The notes under the pieces: model-generated
What the model was told of the DNA's origin: nothing
The model's input: only the letters and a program-made list of their open reading frames with translations
Database searches by the model: none
Made by a program: the position numbers and the translations under genes
Assembly (NCBI GenBank): GCA_002869565.1
Contig: PKUJ01000027.1
Coordinates: 34,368 to 98,367 of the forward strand
Origin: Arcobacter sp.
GTDB lineage: Bacteria > Campylobacterota > Campylobacteria > Campylobacterales > Arcobacteraceae
Length of the DNA stretch: 64,000 nucleotides
Direction: 5' to 3'
Shown: piece by piece, positions 20,069 to 29,620 of the stretch
Layout: every line of letters starts with the position of its first letter
Position numbering within the stretch: the first letter of the stretch is position 1

Positions 20069-21088
20069 ATGATAACACCTGCAATTGGTACACAAGAGTT
20101 ATATAAACAACTTAATACTTTGTTACTTGCAGATATTCCTGTATTTATTCATGGAAGTCCAGGTATTGGAAAATCATATATAGTCAATGATATTGCAGAA
20201 CAAAATGATTTAGAGATTATCGATGTTAGGCTTTCCCAATTAGATGCTGTGGATTTAAGAGGGATTCCTACTATTGAGAACGGACAAACTAAATGGATGC
20301 CACCAATTTTTTTACCTACAAATGAAGATTCAAAAGGAATTCTTTTTTTAGATGAATTAAATTCTGCTCCGCTCTCTGTACAAGCAGCAATTTACCAGTT
20401 GGTACTTGATAGAAAAATAGGGGAATACTCTATGCCAAAAGGCTGGAAAATAGTATGTGCAGGTAATAAGATAAATGACAAAGGTATTGTATTTAAACTT
20501 CCATCACCTTTGATTAATCGTATGGTACATATTGTACTTGAAGCTAAGTATGATGATTTTAAGGTTTGGGCAATTAAAAATGATATTCATGCTTTTATTG
20601 TAGGTTTTTTAGGATTTAGACCTGATTTACTTAGTACTGAAGTTCCAAGTTCAACTGAGACTAATCCTGCTTTTTGTACACCAAGAGCTTGGAATATGTT
20701 ATCTAATATTGTTAAGGCTTCATTTACTAATAACACAGATATTAAGAGTATTAATCCTATCATATATGGTACAGTAGGTTATGGAGCTGGTATAGAGTTT
20801 ATCTCATTTGTAAAGGTATATAAGACTCTCCCTGATATTGATGCAATACTAGAAGGGACAATAGAAATAGTACCAGAAGAACCAAGTGCTTTATATGCAC
20901 TTTGTGCAGCTATTATTGAAAAATACAATAGTACAGAACAAGCTGTTCATTTATTTGAATATTGTAAAAAACTTCCAGTTGAATTCAATGTGATGTTAAT
21001 AAAAGATTTAATCATAAAAGATGAAGATATTGCAGAACTTGAAGCTTTTGATACTTGGATGGAACAGTATGGCGAATACATCCTATGA
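20069..21088 (+). CDS. MoxR-like AAA+ ATPase (AAA_5 / NorQ-CbbQ type)
   Basis: Walker A HGSPGIGKS, Walker B ILFLDELN and the GWKIVCAGN sensor region. Starts 1 nt after the hemerythrin stop. Confidence 0.8.
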   Translation: MITPAIGTQELYKQLNTLLLADIPVFIHGSPGIGKSYIVNDIAEQNDLEIIDVRLSQLDAVDLRGIPTIENGQTKWMPPIFLPTNEDSKGILFLDELNSAPLSVQAAIYQLVLDRKIGEYSMPKGWKIVCAGNKINDKGIVFKLPSPLINRMVHIVLEAKYDDFKVWAIKNDIHAFIVGFLGFRPDLLSTEVPSSTETNPAFCTPRAWNMLSNIVKASFTNNTDIKSINPIIYGTVGYGAGIEFISFVKVYKTLPDIDAILEGTIEIVPEEPSALYALCAAIIEKYNSTEQAVHLFEYCKKLPVEFNVMLIKDLIIKDEDIAELEAFDTWMEQYGEYIL

Positions 21089-22295
21089 TGAAATCTTTCA
21101 AAAGATACGAATAAACTTTCTTTTTAACCATCCTTTTTTATCCGTATTAGCTCTTTCTATTCCTACAGTATATGAAGAGAACGCTAATAGTGCTTTTCAA
21201 ACAAATGGTACAAAACTAAGTGTTGATACTAAAAAACTAGAAAAATACTCCGCAGATGAAATAACATATCTTTATGCTCATACTCTTTTGCATATAGTAT
21301 TAAAACATCCATATAGACAAAAAACACGAGAGAAAAAGCTTTGGAATCAAAGTTGTGACTTAGTCATAAATCTTATTATGTCCTCTTTTTTAAATATAGG
21401 AACAATGCCAAATGATGAAGTTTTAGATTTAGACTTAGAAGATAAATGTGTGGAAGAGGTTTATGAGATTTTATATAAAGAGTCTGAGCAAGAGAATAAC
21501 TCTAGCCAAGAAGAAGAGAAAAAAGAAGAAGAGATAAAAACAACTCCAAATCAAAAAGGAAAACTAAAAGCATATATTTATGATGAATCAAAACTAGATA
21601 TAGACGAGGTAAATGATGATAAGAGTTCACAAGGAGATAGAGAAAAACTTGATGGAATTATCATTCAAGCTCTATCTATAGCTAAGAAGAGTTCAAAAGA
21701 GTATGTAGGGCTTCAAATAGAAATAGATACGCTAATCAAACCTGAGCTTAGTTTACAAGATACACTAAAAGAGTATTTAATAGCTTCTTTGTTTGAAAAG
21801 ACTGCAACTTACAATAGACCAAATAGAAGATTTGTACATAGTGGTTTGTATCTTCCTGGAAATAAAAAGAGTGAAGAGCTCATAGAAGTCTATATAGCTT
21901 TAGATAGTTCTTCTAGTGTAAGCTTAGATGAGTACAAAAAGTTTTTAGGAGTTATAAAAGATGTTTGTGATGGATTTTATGAATATAATGTAACTGTATT
22001 GCCTTTTGATTTAAAGGTTAAAGAAGAGCATATTATAAAATTTGATAGTTTTAACCCACTAATAGAAGATGAGATATTTATTCCTAAAAGTGATGGTGGA
22101 ACAGATTTTGATGAGGTTTTAAGATATTTGAAAAAATCAACTGAAATTAGAAGTGATAATTTACTTATGGTTTTAAGTGATGGTGAATTTGATATGAGAG
22201 AATCTTTAGTATCAAATACATTGTTTATAATAAGTGCAAAAAAAAATATAAAGAAGTTTGAGGCATATGGAAGAGTTATTCAATTTAACCTATAA
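21069..22295 (+). CDS. VWA-domain protein with N-terminal putative metallopeptidase-like domain (DUF2201 type)
   Basis: N-terminus MANTSYDEIF..NHPFLSVLAL and an YAHTLLHIVLKH helix. The C-terminal VWA has a MIDAS-like IALDSSSS. The preferred start (21069) overlaps the ATPase gene by 20 nt. The listed ORF starts at 21021. Confidence 0.7.
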   Translation: MANTSYDEIFQKIRINFLFNHPFLSVLALSIPTVYEENANSAFQTNGTKLSVDTKKLEKYSADEITYLYAHTLLHIVLKHPYRQKTREKKLWNQSCDLVINLIMSSFLNIGTMPNDEVLDLDLEDKCVEEVYEILYKESEQENNSSQEEEKKEEEIKTTPNQKGKLKAYIYDESKLDIDEVNDDKSSQGDREKLDGIIIQALSIAKKSSKEYVGLQIEIDTLIKPELSLQDTLKEYLIASLFEKTATYNRPNRRFVHSGLYLPGNKKSEELIEVYIALDSSSSVSLDEYKKFLGVIKDVCDGFYEYNVTVLPFDLKVKEEHIIKFDSFNPLIEDEIFIPKSDGGTDFDEVLRYLKKSTEIRSDNLLMVLSDGEFDMRESLVSNTLFIISAKKNIKKFEAYGRVIQFNL

Positions 22296-22968
22296 AGATG
22301 AGGTAGAAGTATTAAAAGATGAAGATGACTTTGAAATCTTAGGTGATGAAAAATATTTAAATCATCAAGATATGGAAGCAAGACTTTACTGGGCTTTTTG
22401 TAGACCAAATGGCTCATGTCCTGAACAAATCTCTGATATTGATCCTCTTGTATCTATCATGGCTTTTAATCACTCTAAACTCTCAGCTCTAAAAAGATTT
22501 CAACTTATACATAAAGATGTAATAGAAAAAGAGAGTCTAAGAGTCAAAATCAGAAATAGAACTAGGATGTTATTTAGAAGTTTAGTTGACAATGATTTTA
22601 AGGAGCTAAATGAAGTATTAGACTTAGTACCAGTTTTTATAGAAGTTGCTATTGATCAGCTTAAAAATGGTAGAAAATGGAATGACATAAACGCCGATGA
22701 AATAGAAGCAACAAAATTTATAAAAAAAGCTCAAGAGTATTTAGACGATGATTTTTTTGATGCACTATTTTTTAAATTAAAAGATGTAGAAGAGTTTGAT
22801 TCTGGTGAATTAAAAGATTTCTTAAATGAAATTATTCCCAAAAAAGAAAAAATAGATAAAAGAATATTAGAGTATTACCAAAAGAAAATTGCCTTTTGGT
22901 GTGAAAATAGTGATATTCATATTTTGCAGAAAAAAGGTATAGAGAAACTCTCACATAAGTTGAGTTAG
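22258..22968 (+). CDS. hypothetical protein, last gene of the MoxR/VWA operon (paralogue at 31660)
   Basis: 236-aa ORF overlapping the VWA gene. No known motif, and the start is uncertain. Confidence 0.5.
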   Translation: MRHMEELFNLTYKDEVEVLKDEDDFEILGDEKYLNHQDMEARLYWAFCRPNGSCPEQISDIDPLVSIMAFNHSKLSALKRFQLIHKDVIEKESLRVKIRNRTRMLFRSLVDNDFKELNEVLDLVPVFIEVAIDQLKNGRKWNDINADEIEATKFIKKAQEYLDDDFFDALFFKLKDVEEFDSGELKDFLNEIIPKKEKIDKRILEYYQKKIAFWCENSDIHILQKKGIEKLSHKLS

Positions 22969-22988
22969 TGAAAAACTATATAGTTATA

Positions 22989-23198
22989 TTATTCAAGCAT
23001 TTTTTTTATTTTTACAGCTTTTTCAAAATGGTCTAATTTATTTGTCAAAATCCACCATTGGGCAACTTCCATTAATAACTCAGGGTCATCATTTTTATTT
23101 GCAAAAAATGCATAAAATGATAAGCCTACGTTTGGACCTTTTGCTTCGATTTTTTTATTACATATTTCAATGATTTTACTTTTAAAAGATTCTCTCAT
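22989..23198 (-). CDS. small hypothetical protein
   Basis: 69-aa ORF. Its ATG overlaps (ATGA) the stop of the YoeB-like relic upstream. Confidence 0.35.
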   Translation of the reverse strand: MRESFKSKIIEICNKKIEAKGPNVGLSFYAFFANKNDDPELLMEVAQWWILTNKLDHFEKAVKIKKMLE

Positions 23199-23326
23199 TT
23201 ATTTCCTTTTTGTGAATAATTAGAATCATCTATTCCATGCAAAGAGTTATTCTCTATACTGTAGATTCTAGAAATTGTTGTTACTTTTTCTTCATTTCTT
23301 AGTTCATAAACTAGTCTATGTTGCAT
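23195..23326 (-). pseudogene. C-terminal relic of a YoeB/Txe-type toxin
   Basis: Reads (V)NMQHRLVYELRNEEKVTTISRIYS..., which resembles the YoeB tail (EHRLVY....I..CRYHY). The N-terminal two-thirds are missing and it abuts the MATE stop codon. Confidence 0.35.
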
Positions 23327-23342
23327 ATTTACCTTCTACTAA

Positions 23343-24659
23343 CTATTTTTTTGGACTAATTTTTTTAAATAAAATCATTGCTATTAAAAAAGTAATAAAT
23401 TCTGCCATTGGTATTGCTATGAATATTCCCTTTTCATCAAATAGAAAAGGTAGAGTAAATATAAAAAATACAGGAAAAATAAAACTTCTTGATAATGCAA
23501 TAATCATAGAAGCTAAGGGTTTATGAATTGCTGTTAAGTAAGCAGAAATTACTAGATTTCTACCATTGAAAAGAAAAGCTATCCATATAAATGTAGCAAA
23601 ATTTAGAACTATTTGTTTTGTTTTAAAATTAGTATCTTCCAAAAAAATATTTGCTAAGGTATCTGGTATAAATAGGAGTAGCAGTATCATTATAATACCA
23701 AACAAACTTGTAGATAAAAAAGCGAATTTTAAAAATTCTTCTATTCTTTTATATTCTTTTGCTCCAAAATTTTTACTAATAATTGGTTGCAAAGAATCAC
23801 TTATCCCAAAACTTATCATTATTCCAATCAATAAAAGATAATTAATAACTGTAAATGCAGCTATGCCTTCTATGCCGAAACTTTTTATCATTACATAGTT
23901 AAAAATCAAAGTCGTTATTCCTATTGAAATTTCATTAACAAAATCTGAAGCCCCGTTATAAGTAGCTTTGGCAATTTGAATATAACTGCCCACAGGTTTT
24001 ACAAATTTGAGAGTTGCTTTTTTTGAAAAAAAATGAGGCAAAAGAATGAACAACAAAATAAGTTGAGAGATACCTGTTGCAAGTGCTGCTCCAAAAATAC
24101 CTTTTTGTAAATATACAATCATAAACCAATCTAATACCACATTTACAATAGCACTTAAGAGCAAAGCTATAAAAGCAAGATTTGGTCTATTGTCAATTCT
24201 TACAAAATAATCTAAAACTACTCCAATCATCAAAAAAGGAATAAAAATCAACATAATAGATAAATACTCTATTGCGATTTTTGTTAAGATTTCATCTGCA
24301 CCAAAAAGATGCAAGATAGTCTCAATATTTAAAGCTAAAACTATACTAGATAAAAAGCTAAAAAGAGTGATACAAACTATCGTTTTGCTAAAAATAATAT
24401 AAGCATTGTTAATCTTTCCTTCACCAATTAATTTTCCTGATATAACACTGCTACCAATTGCCATCATTAAAGCAAAGCCAAATAGTAAAGAAAAAATAGG
24501 AAGACTTATATTTATTGCTGCAAGTCCAAAATCTCCTACATAATTTCCTATAAAAAAACCATCAACTATACTAGCTGATGAAATTGCTAACATTCCCAAT
24601 ACTGAGGGGATTGAATAGTGAAAAAAAATGGATGATATTTTATCTTTTATTACGTTCAT
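23343..24659 (-). CDS. MATE family efflux transporter
   Basis: 438 aa with 12 TM segments and a typical MATE N-terminus (IPSVLGMLAISSASIVDGFFIGNYVG). Confidence 0.85.
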   Translation of the reverse strand: MNVIKDKISSIFFHYSIPSVLGMLAISSASIVDGFFIGNYVGDFGLAAINISLPIFSLLFGFALMMAIGSSVISGKLIGEGKINNAYIIFSKTIVCITLFSFLSSIVLALNIETILHLFGADEILTKIAIEYLSIMLIFIPFLMIGVVLDYFVRIDNRPNLAFIALLLSAIVNVVLDWFMIVYLQKGIFGAALATGISQLILLFILLPHFFSKKATLKFVKPVGSYIQIAKATYNGASDFVNEISIGITTLIFNYVMIKSFGIEGIAAFTVINYLLLIGIMISFGISDSLQPIISKNFGAKEYKRIEEFLKFAFLSTSLFGIIMILLLLFIPDTLANIFLEDTNFKTKQIVLNFATFIWIAFLFNGRNLVISAYLTAIHKPLASMIIALSRSFIFPVFFIFTLPFLFDEKGIFIAIPMAEFITFLIAMILFKKISPKK

Positions 24660-24966
24660 ACTCTTTCTTTATAATCTTTTTTTATCTCTTCATCAAAAAG
24701 CTTTTCTAAGATATTAAAAATAGTTTGATACATAGTATTAAATTCTTGAAGCTTATTTTGTGTTAAACATTCCAAAGATTAACTGCCTGAATTTCATATC
24801 CAACTAAAGTATCAATATATTTTTCAAATTTTCTTTTCCACTAATAGGAATGCACTCTATAAACTTAACTATCATTATCATTGCACCTAATACATTTTCA
24901 TATATTGATTATTATATCAAATATAGTTTTATGTTATTTGTATTATACTTCTTTTTTAATTTATAG

Positions 24967-25869
24967 ATGGGATTATATATGCAAAATACTAAAGGCAATA
25001 TTTTAGGTTTATTAACGATATTTTTATGGTCAACACTAGCCCTTTTTACCGTATATTCTGGAAATATTCCACCTTTCGAACTTTTAAGTATTTCTTTTTT
25101 TATTGCTTCATTTATTGGAGTTTTGATGTTAAAAAAACAAAGAAGAAGTTTTTCAAGTTTGAAAAGTATTCCTCTTAAAGCTTATATAATAGGTGTTAGT
25201 GGATTATTTGGCTATCACTTTTTTTATTTTTTAGCAATAAAAAATGCTCCTGCTATTGAAGCAAATTTATTAAATTATTTATGGCCTTTACTTATTGTTC
25301 TTTTTTCAGCTCTGTTACCAAATGAAAAACTAAAGTGGTTTCATATAGTAGGTACACTTCTAGCTTTAATAGGAGCTTTTTTACTTGTATTAAAAGATGG
25401 AAGTTTAGAATTTGATTCTAAATATACTTTAGGTTATCTTTTTGCACTTACCGCTGCACTTATTTGGTCAAGTTATTCAGTTATATCTAAAACATTAACC
25501 CATGTGCCAACATATGCAGTAACTGGATTTTGTATCATAACTGCTGTACTTTCATTTATTGCACACTTAATTTTTGAACAGACTATAATTCCTACATTTA
25601 CAGAGTTGTTAGCAGCTATTATGTTAGGATTGGGTCCAGTTGGTGGAGCATTTTATTTATGGGATTTTGCACTTAAAAATGGGGATATTAAGATACTAGG
25701 TTCACTTGCCTATTTAGCTCCACTTTTATCAACATTGATTTTAGTATTTGTTGGAGTATCAAAAATGACAACATCAATTGCCTTAGCTTGTTTATTTATA
25801 GTTTTAGGTTCAATTATTAGTTCAAAGCAGTATTTAAAAATGATAATAAAGCTAATTTTTAAGTCTTGA
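24967..25869 (+). CDS. EamA/DMT family transporter
   Basis: 300 aa with 10 TM segments and the duplicated EamA pattern. Confidence 0.8.
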   Translation: MGLYMQNTKGNILGLLTIFLWSTLALFTVYSGNIPPFELLSISFFIASFIGVLMLKKQRRSFSSLKSIPLKAYIIGVSGLFGYHFFYFLAIKNAPAIEANLLNYLWPLLIVLFSALLPNEKLKWFHIVGTLLALIGAFLLVLKDGSLEFDSKYTLGYLFALTAALIWSSYSVISKTLTHVPTYAVTGFCIITAVLSFIAHLIFEQTIIPTFTELLAAIMLGLGPVGGAFYLWDFALKNGDIKILGSLAYLAPLLSTLILVFVGVSKMTTSIALACLFIVLGSIISSKQYLKMIIKLIFKS

Positions 25870-26007
25870 TAATATATTTTTCATAAAATTCAACATAAAC
25901 TTTTTTATCTTTAATTTATTTAAATAAAACTACTTACAGAGCAATTATTTGTAATAAAGCTGTTTTTTTGGACATCAAGATATAATAGGTATTAATTAAG
26001 GAGAATT

Positions 26008-28008
26008 ATGGAAAATAAGAAAAAATATTCTACTGTTTTAAAACCTGTTTTTTATCCTTCTGTTGCAGTTATTATAATACTTGTGATATTTGCAATGACA
26101 ATGCCTCAAATAGCAGGTGAAACTTTTAATGGTATGAAACAATTTATAGCAGATAAATTTGGTTGGCTTTATATGCTTAGCGTTGGAATCTTTACTATAT
26201 TTGTAATATCTTTAGCGATTTCTCCCTTTGGACGATTTAAACTTGGACCTGACCAATCAAAACCAGCATATAGTCATATCTCATGGTTTGCTATGCTTTT
26301 TAGTGCTGGTATGGGAATTGGGCTTATGTTTTGGGGTGTAGCAGAACCTGTTATGCATTATGGTGCACCTCCTGTTGGAGACAAAGAAACGATTGAAGCT
26401 GCTAAACAAGCTATGAGGATTACTTTTTTCCATTGGGGATTACACGCTTGGGCAATTTATGCTGTTGTTGGTTTAGTCTTAGCATATTTTTCTTTTAGAC
26501 ATGGCTTACCCCTTTCTATTAGATCAGCTCTCTATCCAATGATAGGAGAGAAAATTTATGGGAAAATAGGACATACCGTTGATACAGTTGCAATACTTGG
26601 AACTATTTTTGGGGTTGCAACTTCATTGGGACTAGGAGTATTACAGGTAAATGCTGGACTTAATTATATTTTCGATATTCCTGTTGGACTTACCACACAA
26701 ATTATTTTGATTGCTATTATTACAACTATGGCAACAGTTTCTGTTGTTTTAGGACTTGATGGAGGGATTAAACGATTATCTGAATTAAACCTTTACCTTG
26801 CATTAGCACTTGTTTTATTTGTATTTATTGCAGGTCCAAGCTTCTTTTTACTTGGAGCATTAGTTCAAAATATAGGAAATTATTTATCGCATATTGTTCA
26901 AATGACTTTCAACCAATACATTTATTTAGATACAAAATGGATGGGATCTTGGACATTCTTTTATTGGGCTTGGTGGATTGCATGGGCACCTTTTGTTGGG
27001 ATGTTTATTGCACGAGTTTCAAGAGGTAGAACTATAAGAGAGTTTGTTCTTGGTGTGCTATTTGTACCTGTTGGATTTACTTTAGTTTGGATGACAGTTT
27101 TTGGTAATAGTGCATTGCATTCAATTATGAAAGAAGGATTTACTAGTCTAAGTTCAGCTGTATCAGCAGATGTTGCAACTGCCTTGTTTAAATTTTTAGA
27201 ACACTTTCCTTTTTCTAGTGTTGTTTCAATTCTTGCTATTATCTTAGTTGTTACTTTTTTTGTGACTTCTTCAGATTCAGGTTCATTGGTAGTTGATACT
27301 ATTTCAAGTGGAGGAAGAGAAAATAATCCTGTATGGCAAAGAATATTTTGGGCAGTACTTGAAGGTGTTGTTGCAGCAGCATTATTGATAGCTGGTGGAT
27401 TAGGTGCTTTACAAGCAGCTTCTATTGTTATAGCTTTACCTTTTGCTATTATTATGCTTATTGCATGTTGGGGACTTTATAAAGCCTTACATTTAGAATC
27501 TATTCGATATGAATCTCTTCAACATCACATGAATGCAGGAAGACATGGAGAGGTGTCTGGAACGTGGCAAAATAGACTTTCAAGACTTATTGAATTTCCA
27601 GTACCAGATGAAACACGAAGATACATCAATGAGGATGTAATTGCTGCCATGAAAACTGTAGAAGAAGAGCTCGAAAGACATGGTTGGAATGTAGAAGTTT
27701 TTAATAATAAAGAAAAAAGTGTTTCTATTTTAACAGTGGAGCACAATGGTGATTTAGACTTTACTTACGAAGTAAGATTTAGTAGATATGATACACCAAC
27801 ATATGCATTTCCTGAAATACTTAATCCAAACCATGAACAAAAAAAATATGCTAGAGCAGAAGTATATTTGCAAGATGGTAATAAAGCCTATGATATTTAT
27901 GGATATGAGATGGATGTAGTCGCAAGTGATATTATTGATCAGTTTGAAAAACACAGACACTTTTTACATATAACTGCAGGATTAAACCCTGTTATACCTA
28001 TAGATTAG
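26008..28008 (+). CDS. BCCT family (betaine/carnitine/choline) transporter
   Basis: BCCT signature WTFFYWAWWIAWAPFVGMFIARVSRGRTIREF. 666 aa with a cytoplasmic C-terminal extension. Confidence 0.9.
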   Translation: MENKKKYSTVLKPVFYPSVAVIIILVIFAMTMPQIAGETFNGMKQFIADKFGWLYMLSVGIFTIFVISLAISPFGRFKLGPDQSKPAYSHISWFAMLFSAGMGIGLMFWGVAEPVMHYGAPPVGDKETIEAAKQAMRITFFHWGLHAWAIYAVVGLVLAYFSFRHGLPLSIRSALYPMIGEKIYGKIGHTVDTVAILGTIFGVATSLGLGVLQVNAGLNYIFDIPVGLTTQIILIAIITTMATVSVVLGLDGGIKRLSELNLYLALALVLFVFIAGPSFFLLGALVQNIGNYLSHIVQMTFNQYIYLDTKWMGSWTFFYWAWWIAWAPFVGMFIARVSRGRTIREFVLGVLFVPVGFTLVWMTVFGNSALHSIMKEGFTSLSSAVSADVATALFKFLEHFPFSSVVSILAIILVVTFFVTSSDSGSLVVDTISSGGRENNPVWQRIFWAVLEGVVAAALLIAGGLGALQAASIVIALPFAIIMLIACWGLYKALHLESIRYESLQHHMNAGRHGEVSGTWQNRLSRLIEFPVPDETRRYINEDVIAAMKTVEEELERHGWNVEVFNNKEKSVSILTVEHNGDLDFTYEVRFSRYDTPTYAFPEILNPNHEQKKYARAEVYLQDGNKAYDIYGYEMDVVASDIIDQFEKHRHFLHITAGLNPVIPID

Positions 28009-28203
28009 AAAATTTATACCAATAGCTTTAAAGCTGTTGCACATGCGACTTTACAAAAGGTTTTATAAGTGTAGAAAATTTTATAAAATCATCAAAAGAG
28101 TTTATTTGATTAGGATAGTGAGCTTCGAGCCAATCATCTTCTGAAAAAAGTACTGCATTTTTTTATTGTATAGAAATATAAGAAAGAATATTAAATATTT
28201 TAG

Positions 28204-28277
28204 AAATTAACTTGGATTTTTACTGTGAATTTAGTTTATTTGGGACTAAATTCACAATCTGTTTGATTTGTTATACC
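28204..28277 (-). other. candidate attC of cassette 2 (degenerate)
   Basis: GTTATACC (plus strand, 28270-28277) overlaps the cassette ORF stop, as in attC1. The far end is AATTAAC (28205-28211). The centre is a perfect 11-bp stem, GTGAATTTAGT/ACTAAATTCAC. The outer boxes pair poorly. Confidence 0.35.
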
Positions 28278-28696
28278 TTGTATGTCAACATTGCAAATAT
28301 AACACCTAATATCAAACACAATGGTGAAAAATATCTTGTATCATAAATTGCAAATTCTGTATCTTTTATTTTTTTGAAAAACCCAACAGCATTGAATTCA
28401 CCAATTGCTCTTAAGATAAAAATAGTGGATAAAAATATTCCACTATATAAATAAAAGTTTCGATTTTCATTGACTGTAAAATCATAAAACTGTAAAGCAT
28501 ATGCAATATATGCAAAACTGTTCAAAACAATACCAACAAGTATAGTTAATGATTTACTTGGCTTTAATAAAAGCTTTCCATCTTTAGTTGGTAAAGCTTT
28601 GTCTAAACCAATTTTTCCACCAAAAGCCCAATAAAAATGAAACAATCCCATAATGATTAATGTAAAAATTGTACTAATTGCTATAAAATTCATCAT
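28271..28696 (-). CDS. DUF3995-like membrane protein (integron cassette 2)
   Basis: 141 aa with 4 TM segments and the FHFYWAFGG motif. Confidence 0.55.
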   Translation of the reverse strand: MMNFIAISTIFTLIIMGLFHFYWAFGGKIGLDKALPTKDGKLLLKPSKSLTILVGIVLNSFAYIAYALQFYDFTVNENRNFYLYSGIFLSTIFILRAIGEFNAVGFFKKIKDTEFAIYDTRYFSPLCLILGVIFAMLTYKV

Positions 28697-28707
28697 GTTC
28701 CTTTATA

Positions 28708-28778
28708 ATTATAACGCCCGTATCTGTGGTTGTTTGAAGCGAAGCGTAAGGCAATCCATAGCATACGCTTGTTATGAC
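28708..28778 (-). other. attC-like recombination site of cassette 1
   Basis: On the minus strand: GTCATAAC-AAGCGTATGCTATGGATTG...CAAACAACCACAGATACGGGC-GTTATAAT. This is a 71-nt imperfect palindrome with unpaired bases and locally high GC. The inverse core GTCATAAC is the exact complement of the GTTATGAC at the attI-side junction. Confidence 0.6.
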
Positions 28779-28780
28779 TT

Positions 28781-29344
28781 TTACTTACTTTTAACCCAAC
28801 CAATATTTTGGTCTTTAACTGGGTCTATTAGCGGATAAATATCATCTTGTGTAAAAGGCTCTGCATCTAAGCCCACACCAAAAAGAAGATAGTTATTACC
28901 GTTATTGATTACTTCGTAATGAAAGTCTCTTTGTTTTTGACCCATTTTCATTGGACCAGACACATCATAAGAGAACACTATTTCACCCTCTTTTAGATTG
29001 CCTCGAACTTCTTCCATATTCTTAGGGTATGAACCACTTTGCAATTTAATGTATTCAATATTACGAACTAAAGAAGTCATAGCGCTTATTGCATGAGGCT
29101 CGAAATTCTTACCGCCTAAGCCATCTCCTTGAAACAATTTGTAGAACATGGAACCGTAAAGAACAACACTAAATATTATTCCTGCGAAACCCAAAAAGCC
29201 CAATAGTCTTGAATTAGTTTTTCGCCCTATAGCAGCAATAATAATGCAAATAACTCCTGTAAATATTCCAATCAATGGTATAAACGAAATTCCTGCTAAA
29301 ACAAAAGCTCCTACGCCATGTTTGTTCTTTTCTTCAGTACTCAC
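28781..29344 (-). CDS. membrane-anchored protein with pseudopilin (GspG)-like C-terminal domain (integron cassette 1)
   Basis: GTG start with GGAGAGAAA 1 nt upstream. Two N-terminal TM segments. The tail (LFGVGLDAEPFTQDDIYP) resembles the type II secretion G-like fold. Confidence 0.5.
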   Translation of the reverse strand: MSTEEKNKHGVGAFVLAGISFIPLIGIFTGVICIIIAAIGRKTNSRLLGFLGFAGIIFSVVLYGSMFYKLFQGDGLGGKNFEPHAISAMTSLVRNIEYIKLQSGSYPKNMEEVRGNLKEGEIVFSYDVSGPMKMGQKQRDFHYEVINNGNNYLLFGVGLDAEPFTQDDIYPLIDPVKDQNIGWVKSK

Positions 29345-29358
29345 TTTCTCTCCTATTC

Positions 29359-29366
29359 GTCATAAC
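29359..29366 (-). other. attI-side core site (GTTATGAC on the minus strand)
   Basis: Lies between the intI relic and the first cassette, 15 nt upstream of the cassette-1 start. It is the exact inverted repeat of 28771-28778. Confidence 0.4.
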
Positions 29367-29620
29367 TATTTATTGAATATACATTATATAAATAAAGTAC
29401 TTAAATCCACTAATTTATTATATATTTGCAAAGAAAGCTTATTTTATGCATCTTTATAGAAAAAATATTACATAATGCAATAATTTTTATAGATATTTTT
29501 ATTGTAAGTTATAATTTTTATATATATTTTATGTCGGTATTTAGAACTTTAATATACATAATGTATGTTAAAAGTAAAAAATTTAACTTTAAATAACATT
29601 TTTATAATTTAGGAGATATT

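Noticed and set aside
21021-21068. The listed start of the VWA ORF at 21021 (MKILQNLKLLILGWNS...).
   Set aside because: These 16 codons lie entirely inside the MoxR ATPase C-terminus in another frame. The family-typical N-terminus begins at MANTSYDEIF (21069).
28023-28200. A minus-strand reading frame (..KNAVLFSEDDWLEAHYPNQINSFDDFIKFSTLIKPFVKSHVQQL*), considered as a third integron cassette gene.
   Set aside because: It has no start codon (the frame opens right after a TAA), no recognisable family, and only a 7-nt TTATACC box nearby. This is too weak to annotate. It is mentioned only as context for the integron finding.
28221-28257. The perfect 11-bp hairpin GTGAATTTAGT-ttatttggg-ACTAAATTCAC, considered as a plain terminator rather than part of an attC.
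   Set aside because: Not fully rejected. It may simply terminate cassette 2. It has no U-tail and sits between GTTATACC and AATTAAC boxes at attC-like spacing, so I reported it as a low-confidence attC instead.
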